Assembly (NCBI GenBank): GCA_020353515.1
Contig: CP070695.1
Location: 3,806,277 to 3,870,276, forward strand
Source of the DNA: Candidatus Heimdallarchaeota archaeon
Lineage (GTDB): Archaea; Asgardarchaeota; Heimdallarchaeia; Hodarchaeales; Hodarchaeaceae
DNA length: 64,000 nucleotides
Direction: 5' to 3'
The notes below the pieces were generated by a model. That model was not told the origin of the DNA, made no database searches, and saw only the letters and a program-made list of their open reading frames with translations. This document shows positions 18,194 to 27,711 of this stretch, one piece after another; position 1 is the stretch's first letter; each line of letters opens with the position of its first letter. A program made the position numbers and the translations under genes.

Positions 18194-19168
18194 TTATTTT
18201 AATTCTGGAATAAGATTGGGAGGTTGGTCTCCTCGTTCTATTGCTAGAATATTATCTGCTACCATTTTGGCCATTGCATTACGTGCTTGAGTCGTTGCAG
18301 ACCCAATATGTGGAGTCAAAACAACGTTCTTCAATTCTCTTAGCTCAGTAGGAATAGAGGGTTCGTCATAAAATACATCTAATGCCGCTCCTGCAATTAC
18401 TTTGTTTTTTAAAGCATTAATGAGTACTTTTTCATTAATCACTTTCCCACGAGCAGTGTTAATTAGATATGCAGAGGGTTTCATAATCTCGAATTCACGT
18501 TCAGAAATTAAGTGGTGAGTTTCTGATGTATAAGGAACATTTATACTTATTATATCTGCTTCCTTAAGAACATCTTTAAGGTTTTCCTTGAAGACTAAGT
18601 TATATTCAGCTTCAATACTATGTTTCCGAGTTCGGGAATGATAGAGAACTCTCATATCAAAACCATAAGCTCTTTTCGCCACCGCAGTTCCGATACGTCC
18701 GAGACCGATAATCCCAAGAGTTTTTCCAGTGATTTCAAATCCAAGTAAATATTTGGGTAACCATCCTGGGAATTTGTTATCACGACAAATAGTATCTCCC
18801 TCAACAATCCTACGTGTTACTGTGAGGATCAATCCCCAAACAAGATCAGCAGTCGCGTTTGTTAACACGTCAGGAGTATTAGTTACAAGAATGTTTCTTT
18901 TTTTTGCAGAATTAATATCAATATTATTATATCCAACTGCATAGTTTGCAATTCCCCGAAGTGATGGAGCTAAATCCATCAAATCTTCAGTTATATCTAC
19001 AGAGAGAAGTGGTATAAGAAAATCGGCAGTTGGGAGTAGCTCTTGCAATTGAGATTTAATCGAAATGGTTTCATCTAAAATCTTTATATCCATAGATTTC
19101 TTTAAGATATTTAGACCTGTTTCAGGGATTGAATGTGTGCATAGCACTAGTGGACGTGAATTCATCAT
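18194..19168 (-). CDS. gyaR: D-2-hydroxyacid dehydrogenase (glyoxylate reductase / D-glycerate dehydrogenase)
   Basis: AVGYNNID, VTNTPDVLTNATAD, GIIGLGRIG, INTARG, LDVFYDEP, TPHIGSAT. Confidence 0.85.
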   Translation of the reverse strand: MMNSRPLVLCTHSIPETGLNILKKSMDIKILDETISIKSQLQELLPTADFLIPLLSVDITEDLMDLAPSLRGIANYAVGYNNIDINSAKKRNILVTNTPDVLTNATADLVWGLILTVTRRIVEGDTICRDNKFPGWLPKYLLGFEITGKTLGIIGLGRIGTAVAKRAYGFDMRVLYHSRTRKHSIEAEYNLVFKENLKDVLKEADIISINVPYTSETHHLISEREFEIMKPSAYLINTARGKVINEKVLINALKNKVIAGAALDVFYDEPSIPTELRELKNVVLTPHIGSATTQARNAMAKMVADNILAIERGDQPPNLIPELK

Positions 19169-19170
19169 AA

Positions 19171-20292
19171 TCACTCATCATTCAGATATTTCTGTACTTC
19201 TCCAATATCATCAAATCTTAAAATCTCCATATCACGGTTTTTACAGAATTCCTGCAACATAAAATTAAGTTTAGTAGCGTTTTTTTCAATTTTTTGGAAA
19301 TCTTTTTTGGATATTCCCTCCATAAGATTAGGCAGCATTAATTTAAGGTAAAATGTTTTGATTTCCTCAAAGAAGTTGAAATTATCAACATCTACAATTT
19401 GGTTTCCTTCATAATGAGCAAGCTCCTCAGCAATCCATATTTGGAGTTCCGTTGCAGCATAACTAACTGCGAGTATATCTTTTTTATTACAAGCTGATAG
19501 GATCTTATTGACGTATGCTTTCATGCTGATATAATTGTTACAGGTTTTATCTTCTGTAGTTTCATCTATAACAATATTCTGCTGTTTTTTCAATATCATT
19601 TCTCGCATTCCCATCATCAATTCCCGTCCTAAATCCACCATTTCAACAAAGTTATCCGTAGTGCTGAGAGCTGTGACTAGATTTTGATAATTATCGGGTA
19701 ATGATGAGAAATGGAAAGCCTCATGTAGATTAGACCCCCAATTTTTCATCAAAAAGGAATTGTTAGCAAGAGAAAGGTTCCTAACCGTTTTATTTATGAG
19801 TTGCCATGCAGCCCAACGTGCGGAGAGTAGATCAGAATTTTTTTGTGCAATCTTTATTTCTTCAAGGTGAGAATATCCTGAATTAAAATCTGCCATTATT
19901 TGTTTAAGATTATCTTCTTCCTTTCGTTGGGTTTCTATGATTAATAAGTTAAAACGAATTTTATCAGAATTAGATCTAGAATATAAAATCTTACCTTTAG
20001 TAAATAATGCAGCTGATACAGCCCATGGACTCCTATTCTCTTTTCCTAAAGCCATCGTTTCAGCTTGTTTCCAATCCATTTTCCAAAAATCTACTGTATG
20101 GCCTTGGAAGATAAATTCCCAAGGAAGATCAGTATCTTCATTATCATCAACAATTGCGTACATGTCGAGATCAGAGAATTTATTATCCTTTTCTCGAGCA
20201 GTTGAACCGTATAGAACAATTATAGCGATTTTATCAGGATTTCGTCTCACAGCTTGGTTTTTAAGACATTCAGATAATTCTAATAGTGTCAT
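19171..20292 (-). CDS. Nucleotidyltransferase-domain protein (kanamycin nucleotidyltransferase-like architecture)
   Basis: Pol-beta NTase motif LYGSTAR...FSDLDM followed by helical C-terminal domains. Confidence 0.65.
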   Translation of the reverse strand: MTLLELSECLKNQAVRRNPDKIAIIVLYGSTAREKDNKFSDLDMYAIVDDNEDTDLPWEFIFQGHTVDFWKMDWKQAETMALGKENRSPWAVSAALFTKGKILYSRSNSDKIRFNLLIIETQRKEEDNLKQIMADFNSGYSHLEEIKIAQKNSDLLSARWAAWQLINKTVRNLSLANNSFLMKNWGSNLHEAFHFSSLPDNYQNLVTALSTTDNFVEMVDLGRELMMGMREMILKKQQNIVIDETTEDKTCNNYISMKAYVNKILSACNKKDILAVSYAATELQIWIAEELAHYEGNQIVDVDNFNFFEEIKTFYLKLMLPNLMEGISKKDFQKIEKNATKLNFMLQEFCKNRDMEILRFDDIGEVQKYLNDE

Positions 20293-20310
20293 TTTACTTC
20301 CACGTAGACA

Positions 20311-21867
20311 TTACACTTTTGAATAGACCTCTTCTCCTCCAACAATTGTACTTTCTATCAAACTATCATTTAACTTTTCTGGATCTAAATTAAAGGGTGA
20401 ATCTGATAAAATTACAAAATCTGCATATTTTCCAATAGCAATACTTCCGAGTTTGGATTCCATAAATAATGCTTGGGCATTACTGAGAGTATAAGCCTGA
20501 AGTGCTTCCTTGACTGAAATTTTTACATCGGTCTTAGGAAAAGTTATAGCTTTTTGGATTCCATAGAAAGGAGAGAGAGGCATATTATCTGAACCAAAAT
20601 GAAGGGATAAACCATGTTGTAGAATGGTTGAGTATCGATTTAAGGTCATAAAACGTGCTTCTCCTAATCGTGTCTCGTAAAGTTCACCAGGGTACTCCCA
20701 TTTGAGGAAATTAGGCTGCATTGAAAGAAGAATCCCTAACTCTTTTGCCTTCTGAATTTGCACGTCAGTTATCATTTCAGCATGTTCAATCCGGTGTCTG
20801 CGAGACGATGAATTCTTCCCAGATTTCTTGATTCCCTTTTCATAACAATTAAGAAGCTTCTCTATAGCAAGATCCCCAATTGCGTGGATACAGAGAGTAT
20901 AATCATTTTCTTCTGCAAAGACAATCTGAGAAATAAGTTCATCTTCGTCCAAGAATTGGTCTCCTTTCCCTTCTGCATCTTGATACGAAAGACTGATCAA
21001 AGCCGTATGTGCCCCAAGAGCACCATCAAAAAAGCCTTTAAACCCTGAAAATCTCACTTTTGAGGAACCCCAATTTTGATTCATACCCAAAACTGAGAAC
21101 TCATTCATTAATTCCCGTGTTGGATTAAGAAAGATTCGGATTGGTAACTTATCTTCCAAATCTAGTCTGAAATAAGCATGCATCAAATTTTGTTGTCCTG
21201 ATGGCATAATTGTTAGATTATCAACTGCTGCTGTTATACCTTTTGTAGCTGCAATATAACAGGATTCATCTATGCTCTTAGGAATTTTTTCCTTATAATA
21301 CGAGGATAAATCTAACCAAACATCTTTCAAAATTCCTGTCAATTCTCCTGAAGGATCTTTTTCAAGACCAGGATGAGATTCAGGGATAGAAAGCTTTTCT
21401 AGAGCAAGAGAGTTTGCAACAACTAAATGACCATCTTCTCTATGTGTGTATAAAGGATTTTGAGGACTAATTTCATCGAGTGCCCTTTTTGTGAGAAATT
21501 CTTGACGATCCTTCCATTTAGATTCATCCCAGTTTGAAGCAAAAATCCATTCCCCAGGTTTCTTGGTTTTTGCCTCCTTCTCTAGGCGCTTAATAACTTC
21601 TTCATATGTCTGATAAGAACCTAAATCAATCGAAATAATATGAGCTTCTTTCCAGAGATGTGTATGAAGATCGATAAATCCTGGAATAATTGTCTTTCCT
21701 TCAACATCAAGCACAGAAATCGCTTTATCAATTATTTTTGATTTATCTTCACCTACATAGGTAAATTTATCAGCCTTAATCCCTATCATTTCTGCTGATT
21801 CTCTATTTGGATCCATTGTAACAATATTTGCATTGTATAGTACCCAATCATAGGACTGATCAGTCAT
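20311..21867 (-). CDS. Amidohydrolase, YtcJ-like (Amidohydro_3)
   Basis: PGFIDLHTH, KGFFDGALG, IHAIGD, RHRIEHAE, FGSD, GSIAIGKYADFVIL. Confidence 0.88.
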   Translation of the reverse strand: MTDQSYDWVLYNANIVTMDPNRESAEMIGIKADKFTYVGEDKSKIIDKAISVLDVEGKTIIPGFIDLHTHLWKEAHIISIDLGSYQTYEEVIKRLEKEAKTKKPGEWIFASNWDESKWKDRQEFLTKRALDEISPQNPLYTHREDGHLVVANSLALEKLSIPESHPGLEKDPSGELTGILKDVWLDLSSYYKEKIPKSIDESCYIAATKGITAAVDNLTIMPSGQQNLMHAYFRLDLEDKLPIRIFLNPTRELMNEFSVLGMNQNWGSSKVRFSGFKGFFDGALGAHTALISLSYQDAEGKGDQFLDEDELISQIVFAEENDYTLCIHAIGDLAIEKLLNCYEKGIKKSGKNSSSRRHRIEHAEMITDVQIQKAKELGILLSMQPNFLKWEYPGELYETRLGEARFMTLNRYSTILQHGLSLHFGSDNMPLSPFYGIQKAITFPKTDVKISVKEALQAYTLSNAQALFMESKLGSIAIGKYADFVILSDSPFNLDPEKLNDSLIESTIVGGEEVYSKV

Positions 21868-22015
21868 TTGGTCTCACTTTCCTTTTTTTTTGACTTTAAG
21901 TGTTCTATTAAAAGTGGTTTTCTTTTTATCGAAGATTAGATGATTATACCTAAGTGGCTAAATGTAGAGAATTAATTCCTATTTCACCTCACAATCAATA
22001 GGCGTGAAGATAATC

Positions 22016-23062
22016 ATGGCTAAAAAAGAAATTGATGACAGAATTGTTGAATTGGATATGGGACAGGGTGGGAAAAAAATGGATATTCTGTTAGATTTTA
22101 TTACAGAACGAATAAAGATTAAAAAGATCTTAGAAGGTGTTGGGGTTGAATCTTACGATGATGGTGCAATCATTCCATTTGAGGTTTCATCGAAGGATCT
22201 AGTTGTAACCACAGATTCATACACAGTTTCTCCTCTCTTCTTTCGAGGAGGTAATATCGGAACATTGGCAGCGGCAGGCACAATAAATGATCTATTAATG
22301 ATGGGAGCAAAACCCATTGCCATTACCTTAGCCTTAATCATTAAAGAGGGTTTTAAGTTTTCAGATTTAGGAACTATTATTGATACAATATCTGAAATTA
22401 CAGCAGAACATAATATTGCTATCGTAGCGGGTGATACAAAAGTATTACCTCAAAGTACAATGGTTGAGGCTGGAATGTTCATTAATACAACTGGGGTTGG
22501 AATTATCCCTGCAGGAAAACGAATCATGGATCGATTAATACACCCTGGTGACAAAATAATCGCTTCTGGCACGTTAGGAGATCATGGATTTGCTATGTTG
22601 GTAAGTCGGGAAGGAATTGAGCTTGAGACTACTCTCGGATCCGATGTGGCAGCATTAAGCTCGTTGATACTACCAATCCTCAAATATCGTGTTCATGCTA
22701 TGAAAGATCCAACAAGAGGAGGATTGACCGCGGTATTAGCAGAATGGGCTGTGAAATCATCAGTTTCTCTTTGGATTGAGGAGAGTGAAATACCGATTTC
22801 TGAAGAAGTCAGAGTTGTATCAGAAATCTTTGGTATTGATCCATTAAATGTTTCCTGTGAAGGAAAAGCAATAATTGCAATACATCCCGAGGATGCAGAT
22901 GTTGTCCTTCAAATCCTTAAATCCTCCCCGTTAGGTCAAGATGCAGCAATTATTGGTGAAGCTCGAGAAGAAAGACCTGGGAAAGTCCTTATGAAAACCA
23001 TCATTGGGGGTCATCGGATTCTAGATAAGCCAGTTGGGGAACCTATCCCCCGAGTCTGTTGA
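22016..23062 (+). CDS. hypE: [NiFe]-hydrogenase maturation protein HypE
   Basis: TTDSYTVSPLFFRGGNIG, GTINDL, GDTKV, MKDPTRGGL, C-terminal PRVC. Confidence 0.95.
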   Translation: MAKKEIDDRIVELDMGQGGKKMDILLDFITERIKIKKILEGVGVESYDDGAIIPFEVSSKDLVVTTDSYTVSPLFFRGGNIGTLAAAGTINDLLMMGAKPIAITLALIIKEGFKFSDLGTIIDTISEITAEHNIAIVAGDTKVLPQSTMVEAGMFINTTGVGIIPAGKRIMDRLIHPGDKIIASGTLGDHGFAMLVSREGIELETTLGSDVAALSSLILPILKYRVHAMKDPTRGGLTAVLAEWAVKSSVSLWIEESEIPISEEVRVVSEIFGIDPLNVSCEGKAIIAIHPEDADVVLQILKSSPLGQDAAIIGEAREERPGKVLMKTIIGGHRILDKPVGEPIPRVC

Positions 23063-23074
23063 TTAATTTCATCA

Positions 23075-23326
23075 TCAGCCTGTTGATGTTTTCTCCTCTT
23101 CTTGAAGTTTCCAAATTTCCTCCCACATCGCTAACGTTTCTTTAGCTTCTTCTGGCTCCATTTTAGAAACAGCATATCCTGTATGAATTAAAATCCAATC
23201 CCCAATTTTTATCTCTTCAGGCATCAAAGCTATACTAACTTCACGAGTAACTCCTTTTCCAAAATCAGCAATGATGACATCGTCACTAATAAATTTCTTA
23301 ACTTGCGCAGGAATTGCTAAACACAT
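23075..23326 (-). CDS. hypC: [NiFe]-hydrogenase chaperone HypC/HupF
   Basis: N-terminal MCLAIPA, GDWILIHTGYA; ATG at 23326. Confidence 0.93.
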   Translation of the reverse strand: MCLAIPAQVKKFISDDVIIADFGKGVTREVSIALMPEEIKIGDWILIHTGYAVSKMEPEEAKETLAMWEEIWKLQEEEKTSTG

Positions 23327-23431
23327 CTTAAACTTATACAACCCTTCATTTGATCATATTAATGTTCATCTTCTTGTGGTTTAAATTTTCTGTTTTTCTT
23401 TCATAAATCCAGTAAGAAGTATATAATTAAA

Positions 23432-24211
23432 TTACTCTTGAGGTGAGTCTAATTCGTTGAGAATTGTTGTCACATCAATCTGTTCAAAATTAATTCTTAA
23501 AGAACGAAGTAAAGCCCCAAGCAATATTCCTGCGTACATTGGTAAATTCAGATATGTTATCCAGTCTATCAATTCCCATGTTACTACATCTAAAGATAGA
23601 TTATGTACTCCCTTGATCACAATCCATGAGAAACATGTTATAAATGTAAAGGCAGCACAACACGTTCCTAAGAGAAATATTAATTGCGTTAATTCTAGTA
23701 ATTTGAGTTCTTCTCCTTCAAATTGATCAAGAACGGAATTTATTCGTATAATTGCCCTGATAAAAATGTATAGAAGAGAAATAATGGCCAGAAAGTATAC
23801 TAATAGCTCTACGGTCAGAGAAATTTCTAATAAATAAATATCTGGTTTGATAGCAACTAGTGCAGCTGATCCAATGGCCGCACCAAAAACAGGTAACAAA
23901 TATCGTTCAATTTCTCGTGACCGATTGAGAAATGCTGATAGATAAGAATTTCCTACTTCAAGAAAAAGAAGCCAAATGACTATATTTGTGATTAGAAAGA
24001 GCTGGAGTTGAAACGATTGTGGAAGAAGAACTGCAATGAATAAAAGTACAAAAATCAATGTTCCCAGAAGAAAAGTAAAGGCAATATGAAGCATCGTTTT
24101 TTCTCCTTTCTGGCGATAATTTTTAAAAAATACCAGAAAATTCAGGAAAGCGAGTCCAGCTGTAAGGAGTAAAGGTAAAGCTAGGATTAATATTTCTAGT
24201 AAGCCACTCAT
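23432..24211 (-). CDS. Hypothetical integral membrane protein, about 7 TM helices
   Basis: Seven hydrophobic segments; start overlaps the upstream stop (ATGA). Confidence 0.65.
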   Translation of the reverse strand: MSGLLEILILALPLLLTAGLAFLNFLVFFKNYRQKGEKTMLHIAFTFLLGTLIFVLLFIAVLLPQSFQLQLFLITNIVIWLLFLEVGNSYLSAFLNRSREIERYLLPVFGAAIGSAALVAIKPDIYLLEISLTVELLVYFLAIISLLYIFIRAIIRINSVLDQFEGEELKLLELTQLIFLLGTCCAAFTFITCFSWIVIKGVHNLSLDVVTWELIDWITYLNLPMYAGILLGALLRSLRINFEQIDVTTILNELDSPQE

Positions 24212-24417
24212 TGATAATACTCCTCATGATTATTTTCATCAAGTCCTAATTCGTGGAATATCCTAGCAGCATAATCTTTTGCCCATAGTTCTGTTCTCTC
24301 CTCTAGAACCCTTGCGGCTAAAACACTAATTTTCAGATTCAAAATTTTGGCGTTTTTTTCAAGAATTTCTCTAGTTTTTTTATTGATTCTGATGGATAAT
24401 ACCGTAGTTCGTGACAT
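24208..24417 (-). CDS. Small ribbon-helix-helix (CopG-like) DNA-binding protein
   Basis: MSRTTVLSIRINKKTREILEKNAKILNLKISVLAARVLEE fits the beta-helix-helix RHH pattern; ATG 24417 preferred. Confidence 0.55.
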   Translation of the reverse strand: MSRTTVLSIRINKKTREILEKNAKILNLKISVLAARVLEERTELWAKDYAARIFHELGLDENNHEEYYQ

Positions 24418-24539
24418 TTGAAAATCTCTCTTTATAAGTAAACTTTGTAAACGATGCAAACGGGGAGTTATCAAGTCATCTCTTAAATCTCTGCATGGAA
24501 ATAATTTCTTCAATAATTGGACTAGGAGACTTTGTAAGA

Positions 24540-25499
24540 ATGAGTGACCTTACTCTCAATTTAGAACCCGCACAAACACAGTTAAATCATTCTCTTATAA
24601 GCCGAATTCTTATTTGGATTCAAGCTCTCCGAGCACCCTTTTTCACGGCTTCAATTGTTCCCCTTGTATTGGGAATGGCTATTGCTTGGTATGAAACTAG
24701 GATTTTTGATCCTCTTTTAGGATTTCTAACTCTCCTTGCGGGTGTCGCAATTCACGCAGGAACGAACTTAATTAACGATTATTTTGATCAACCCACAGAT
24801 GATCTGAATCAAAATTTTTCCCCTTTCAATGGTGGCTCCCGAATGATTCAGAATAATGTTCTGGTACCACGTCAGATTCTAATTGCATCTGTAATCTGCT
24901 ATCTCGTAGGGGTTGTTACAGCTCTCTTTATTATCATATATACAGGCGGATTTTTATTGTTGCTCTTCTTAGCTATTGCAGTACTCTTAGGACTCTTCTA
25001 TACAGCTCTTCCTGTTCAACTTAGTTATCGGGGATTAGGTGAGATTGCGGTATTCGTTGGTTTTGGACCTCTTGGAGTTTTAAGTGCATTTTTCATTCAA
25101 TTAGGATATATTAATTGGGGATTATGTTTGATGGCTTCAATCCCGATTGCTTTCTTAATTGCAATGGTTTTGTTTCTTAATGAATTTCAAGATAGGGAAG
25201 CAGATCAAGAAGCTGGTAAAAAAACTCTTGTTGTCGTTTTAGGGAAGAGTTCAGGAATTAAAATCTATTTAACAGGCATGATCATTGCATATATCTTCCT
25301 TCTCGTTGGTATATTCTTTACAATATTTCCCTTATCATTATTATTACCTTTTATCACTCTTCCATTGGCAATTAAAGCAATATTGACTGCAACAGAAAAT
25401 TATCAACTGATCAAAGAGCTACAACCTGCCAATGCTATGACAATTCTCACTCATTTTATTTTTGGTATCATGATGGCATTGGCGTTCTTACTAGCATAG
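24540..25499 (+). CDS. menA: 1,4-dihydroxy-2-naphthoate polyprenyltransferase (UbiA family)
   Basis: LRAPFFTAS, NLINDYFD, FNGGSR, YRGLGE, NEFQDREAD..GKKTL; ATG 24540 after AGGAG. Confidence 0.85.
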   Translation: MSDLTLNLEPAQTQLNHSLISRILIWIQALRAPFFTASIVPLVLGMAIAWYETRIFDPLLGFLTLLAGVAIHAGTNLINDYFDQPTDDLNQNFSPFNGGSRMIQNNVLVPRQILIASVICYLVGVVTALFIIIYTGGFLLLLFLAIAVLLGLFYTALPVQLSYRGLGEIAVFVGFGPLGVLSAFFIQLGYINWGLCLMASIPIAFLIAMVLFLNEFQDREADQEAGKKTLVVVLGKSSGIKIYLTGMIIAYIFLLVGIFFTIFPLSLLLPFITLPLAIKAILTATENYQLIKELQPANAMTILTHFIFGIMMALAFLLA

Positions 25500-25507
25500 A
25501 TCTTTCT

Positions 25508-27430
25508 TCATTCGAATAAATATCTAATGGTTTTTTGCTTTATATGGTCAGGAAACTCAGGAACCTCCCAATTAAGAATTGTTACTTCATCAGCTCTCTC
25601 GATTGAAGCATTTTTTGCCAATCCACTTTGAGCAAAGGACTTGAGAAGGTGAATTGCTGCACGATTCCCCATAATTAACTCAGTTACGAAACGTGTAACA
25701 CCTCGTTCAAGAGCTCTCTTTGTAAGGTACTCCAAAAAATATCTAGCTAGTCCCTTATTTCGGTATTTTTCATGAACTAGGAGAGAAATTTCGGCAGTTT
25801 GATTATCATAGAGGATGTAAAAATGGCCAGTTCCGATTATTTGTTCCGATGATATTGGCCCAAGAAAAGCTGCAATCCCCATATCACGAGAAAAATCAAT
25901 ATTTGCTTCTTTTTGTGCTTTTTCATGAGGTAGGGCTCTAATTGCGCTAAAATATCTGGAATATCTACTTTGATCGGATAGAGAATAAAAGAATGTTCGT
26001 AGTTTATCTTCATCGCTGGTTAAAATTGGTCTGATCCTAACCATGGGTCCATGTTTTAATGTAAAGTATTCTTGACAATCTAACGGGTACAACATGATAT
26101 CTGGGGGATCATTGTAGATTTGATCTTGATAACAATACCCATAATCCTTTGCTTTTTCCAATAGTTCTTTTCTAAATTTCGGATGTGCCAGTTCAATCAT
26201 GGCAAGAACCCGCTCTCTAAGAGTGGCACCGTGAAGATAAGCAATTCCGTATTCAGAAACTACATATTCAATGTCAGCTCGTGTGATGGCAACACCTGCC
26301 CCTGGAGATAAATGCGAAACAATTCTGGATTTTCTTCCGTCTCTAGATGTTGAGGGAAGAGCAATAATAACTTTACCACCTTCAGATCTTAAAGCTCCCC
26401 TGTGGAGATCCACTGCTCCTCCTATACCACTATAAAGGTAGTGACCTAAACTATCAGCTGCCACTTGACCTGTAAGATCGATTTCCAATGCAGAATTGAC
26501 TGTTACCATTCTAGGGTTCTTTGAGACAACCGTTGGGTCTAAAACATAATCTGATGTATAAAATTTGAAATTTGGGTTGTCATTAATTGCACTATATAGT
26601 CGCTGAGTTCCCAAACAAAACGCAGAGATTGTAGCTCCTTTATGAATGACTTTTTCGGAATTTGTTACAATCCTTTTTTCAATCAAATCTAAAACAGAAT
26701 CCGTAATCATCTCGGAATGGATACCCAAGTTTTCTCTATTTAGAAGATATTTTGGAACAGCATTTGGTACGTTACCAATACCAAAATGAAGAGTTGATCC
26801 ATCCTCTATTAATGTGGCGACATTTTTAGCAACACGTTCGATTTGCGGGGTTGTTAGCGGGGGAATCCACTCTTGTATTGGTGCTCGATTCTCTACCATG
26901 TAATCAATATCAGAGACATGAATTAGGCTATCTCCATGTGTCACAGGCATTTCAGGATTAATTTCTGCGATTACCAATTTGGCATTTTCAACTGCAGACT
27001 TAGTAATATCAACACTGATTCCTAGACTAATATATCCTGAATCATCTGGCATAGAAGTTTGAATTAACGCAACATCAATAGGAAGTAGTTGTTTTCGAAA
27101 TAACTCTGGGAGTTTTCTTGAGGAGACAGGAGTGTAATCCGCTCTTCCTGTTCTTACTGCATTTCTAATATTGTCAGTAATAAAGAAACTATTATAGCGG
27201 AATCGTTTTACATACTGTTCCTTGACGTAAGGAGCGGAACCAAAGGAGATTACATGATAAATCTCATTATCCTCGGTCCGAGTCTCCATGTTTGAGAGAT
27301 GAAGTATCAGCAACCGAGGTTGGGCACATCCTGTTCCAACGAAGATTCGATCTCCAGGTTTTATATGGGATAGTGCTGAATCAGGTGTAGTTATTTTGGC
27401 TTCATCTGCTTCAACTGGTTGATACAGCAA
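25508..27430 (-). CDS. Acetyl-CoA hydrolase/4-hydroxybutyrate CoA-transferase family protein fused to C-terminal GNAT domain
   Basis: GIGNVP, LGIHSEM, NSALEIDLTGQV, SGIGG, VVSEYGIA, IELAHP; C-terminal IRPI...AEISLLVHEKYRNKGLA. Confidence 0.88.
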   Translation of the reverse strand: MLYQPVEADEAKITTPDSALSHIKPGDRIFVGTGCAQPRLLILHLSNMETRTEDNEIYHVISFGSAPYVKEQYVKRFRYNSFFITDNIRNAVRTGRADYTPVSSRKLPELFRKQLLPIDVALIQTSMPDDSGYISLGISVDITKSAVENAKLVIAEINPEMPVTHGDSLIHVSDIDYMVENRAPIQEWIPPLTTPQIERVAKNVATLIEDGSTLHFGIGNVPNAVPKYLLNRENLGIHSEMITDSVLDLIEKRIVTNSEKVIHKGATISAFCLGTQRLYSAINDNPNFKFYTSDYVLDPTVVSKNPRMVTVNSALEIDLTGQVAADSLGHYLYSGIGGAVDLHRGALRSEGGKVIIALPSTSRDGRKSRIVSHLSPGAGVAITRADIEYVVSEYGIAYLHGATLRERVLAMIELAHPKFRKELLEKAKDYGYCYQDQIYNDPPDIMLYPLDCQEYFTLKHGPMVRIRPILTSDEDKLRTFFYSLSDQSRYSRYFSAIRALPHEKAQKEANIDFSRDMGIAAFLGPISSEQIIGTGHFYILYDNQTAEISLLVHEKYRNKGLARYFLEYLTKRALERGVTRFVTELIMGNRAAIHLLKSFAQSGLAKNASIERADEVTILNWEVPEFPDHIKQKTIRYLFE

Positions 27431-27711
27431 AAACCACCTTGATGGAATATTTCAACTCGGTTTATATCTTATAATGTTAGTTTGAACAAGAATTTATTTG
27501 GGCTTTCTTATTCTTTTTTCGGATATAATTCAATTATTTCATAACTACTTCTTTTTTCAATTGTCATTTTAGGATAAGGTATTTTTTAACAATAGTTAAT
27601 GGCGAACTCCTTTATTCTGAGCGTTAGAGTTTTATACTTCGCATACCTATTTTTACAAAACCAATGATAAGATGTCTATGACTATTTCCAAAGGAAAGAA
27701 AGTGGTAAAGT

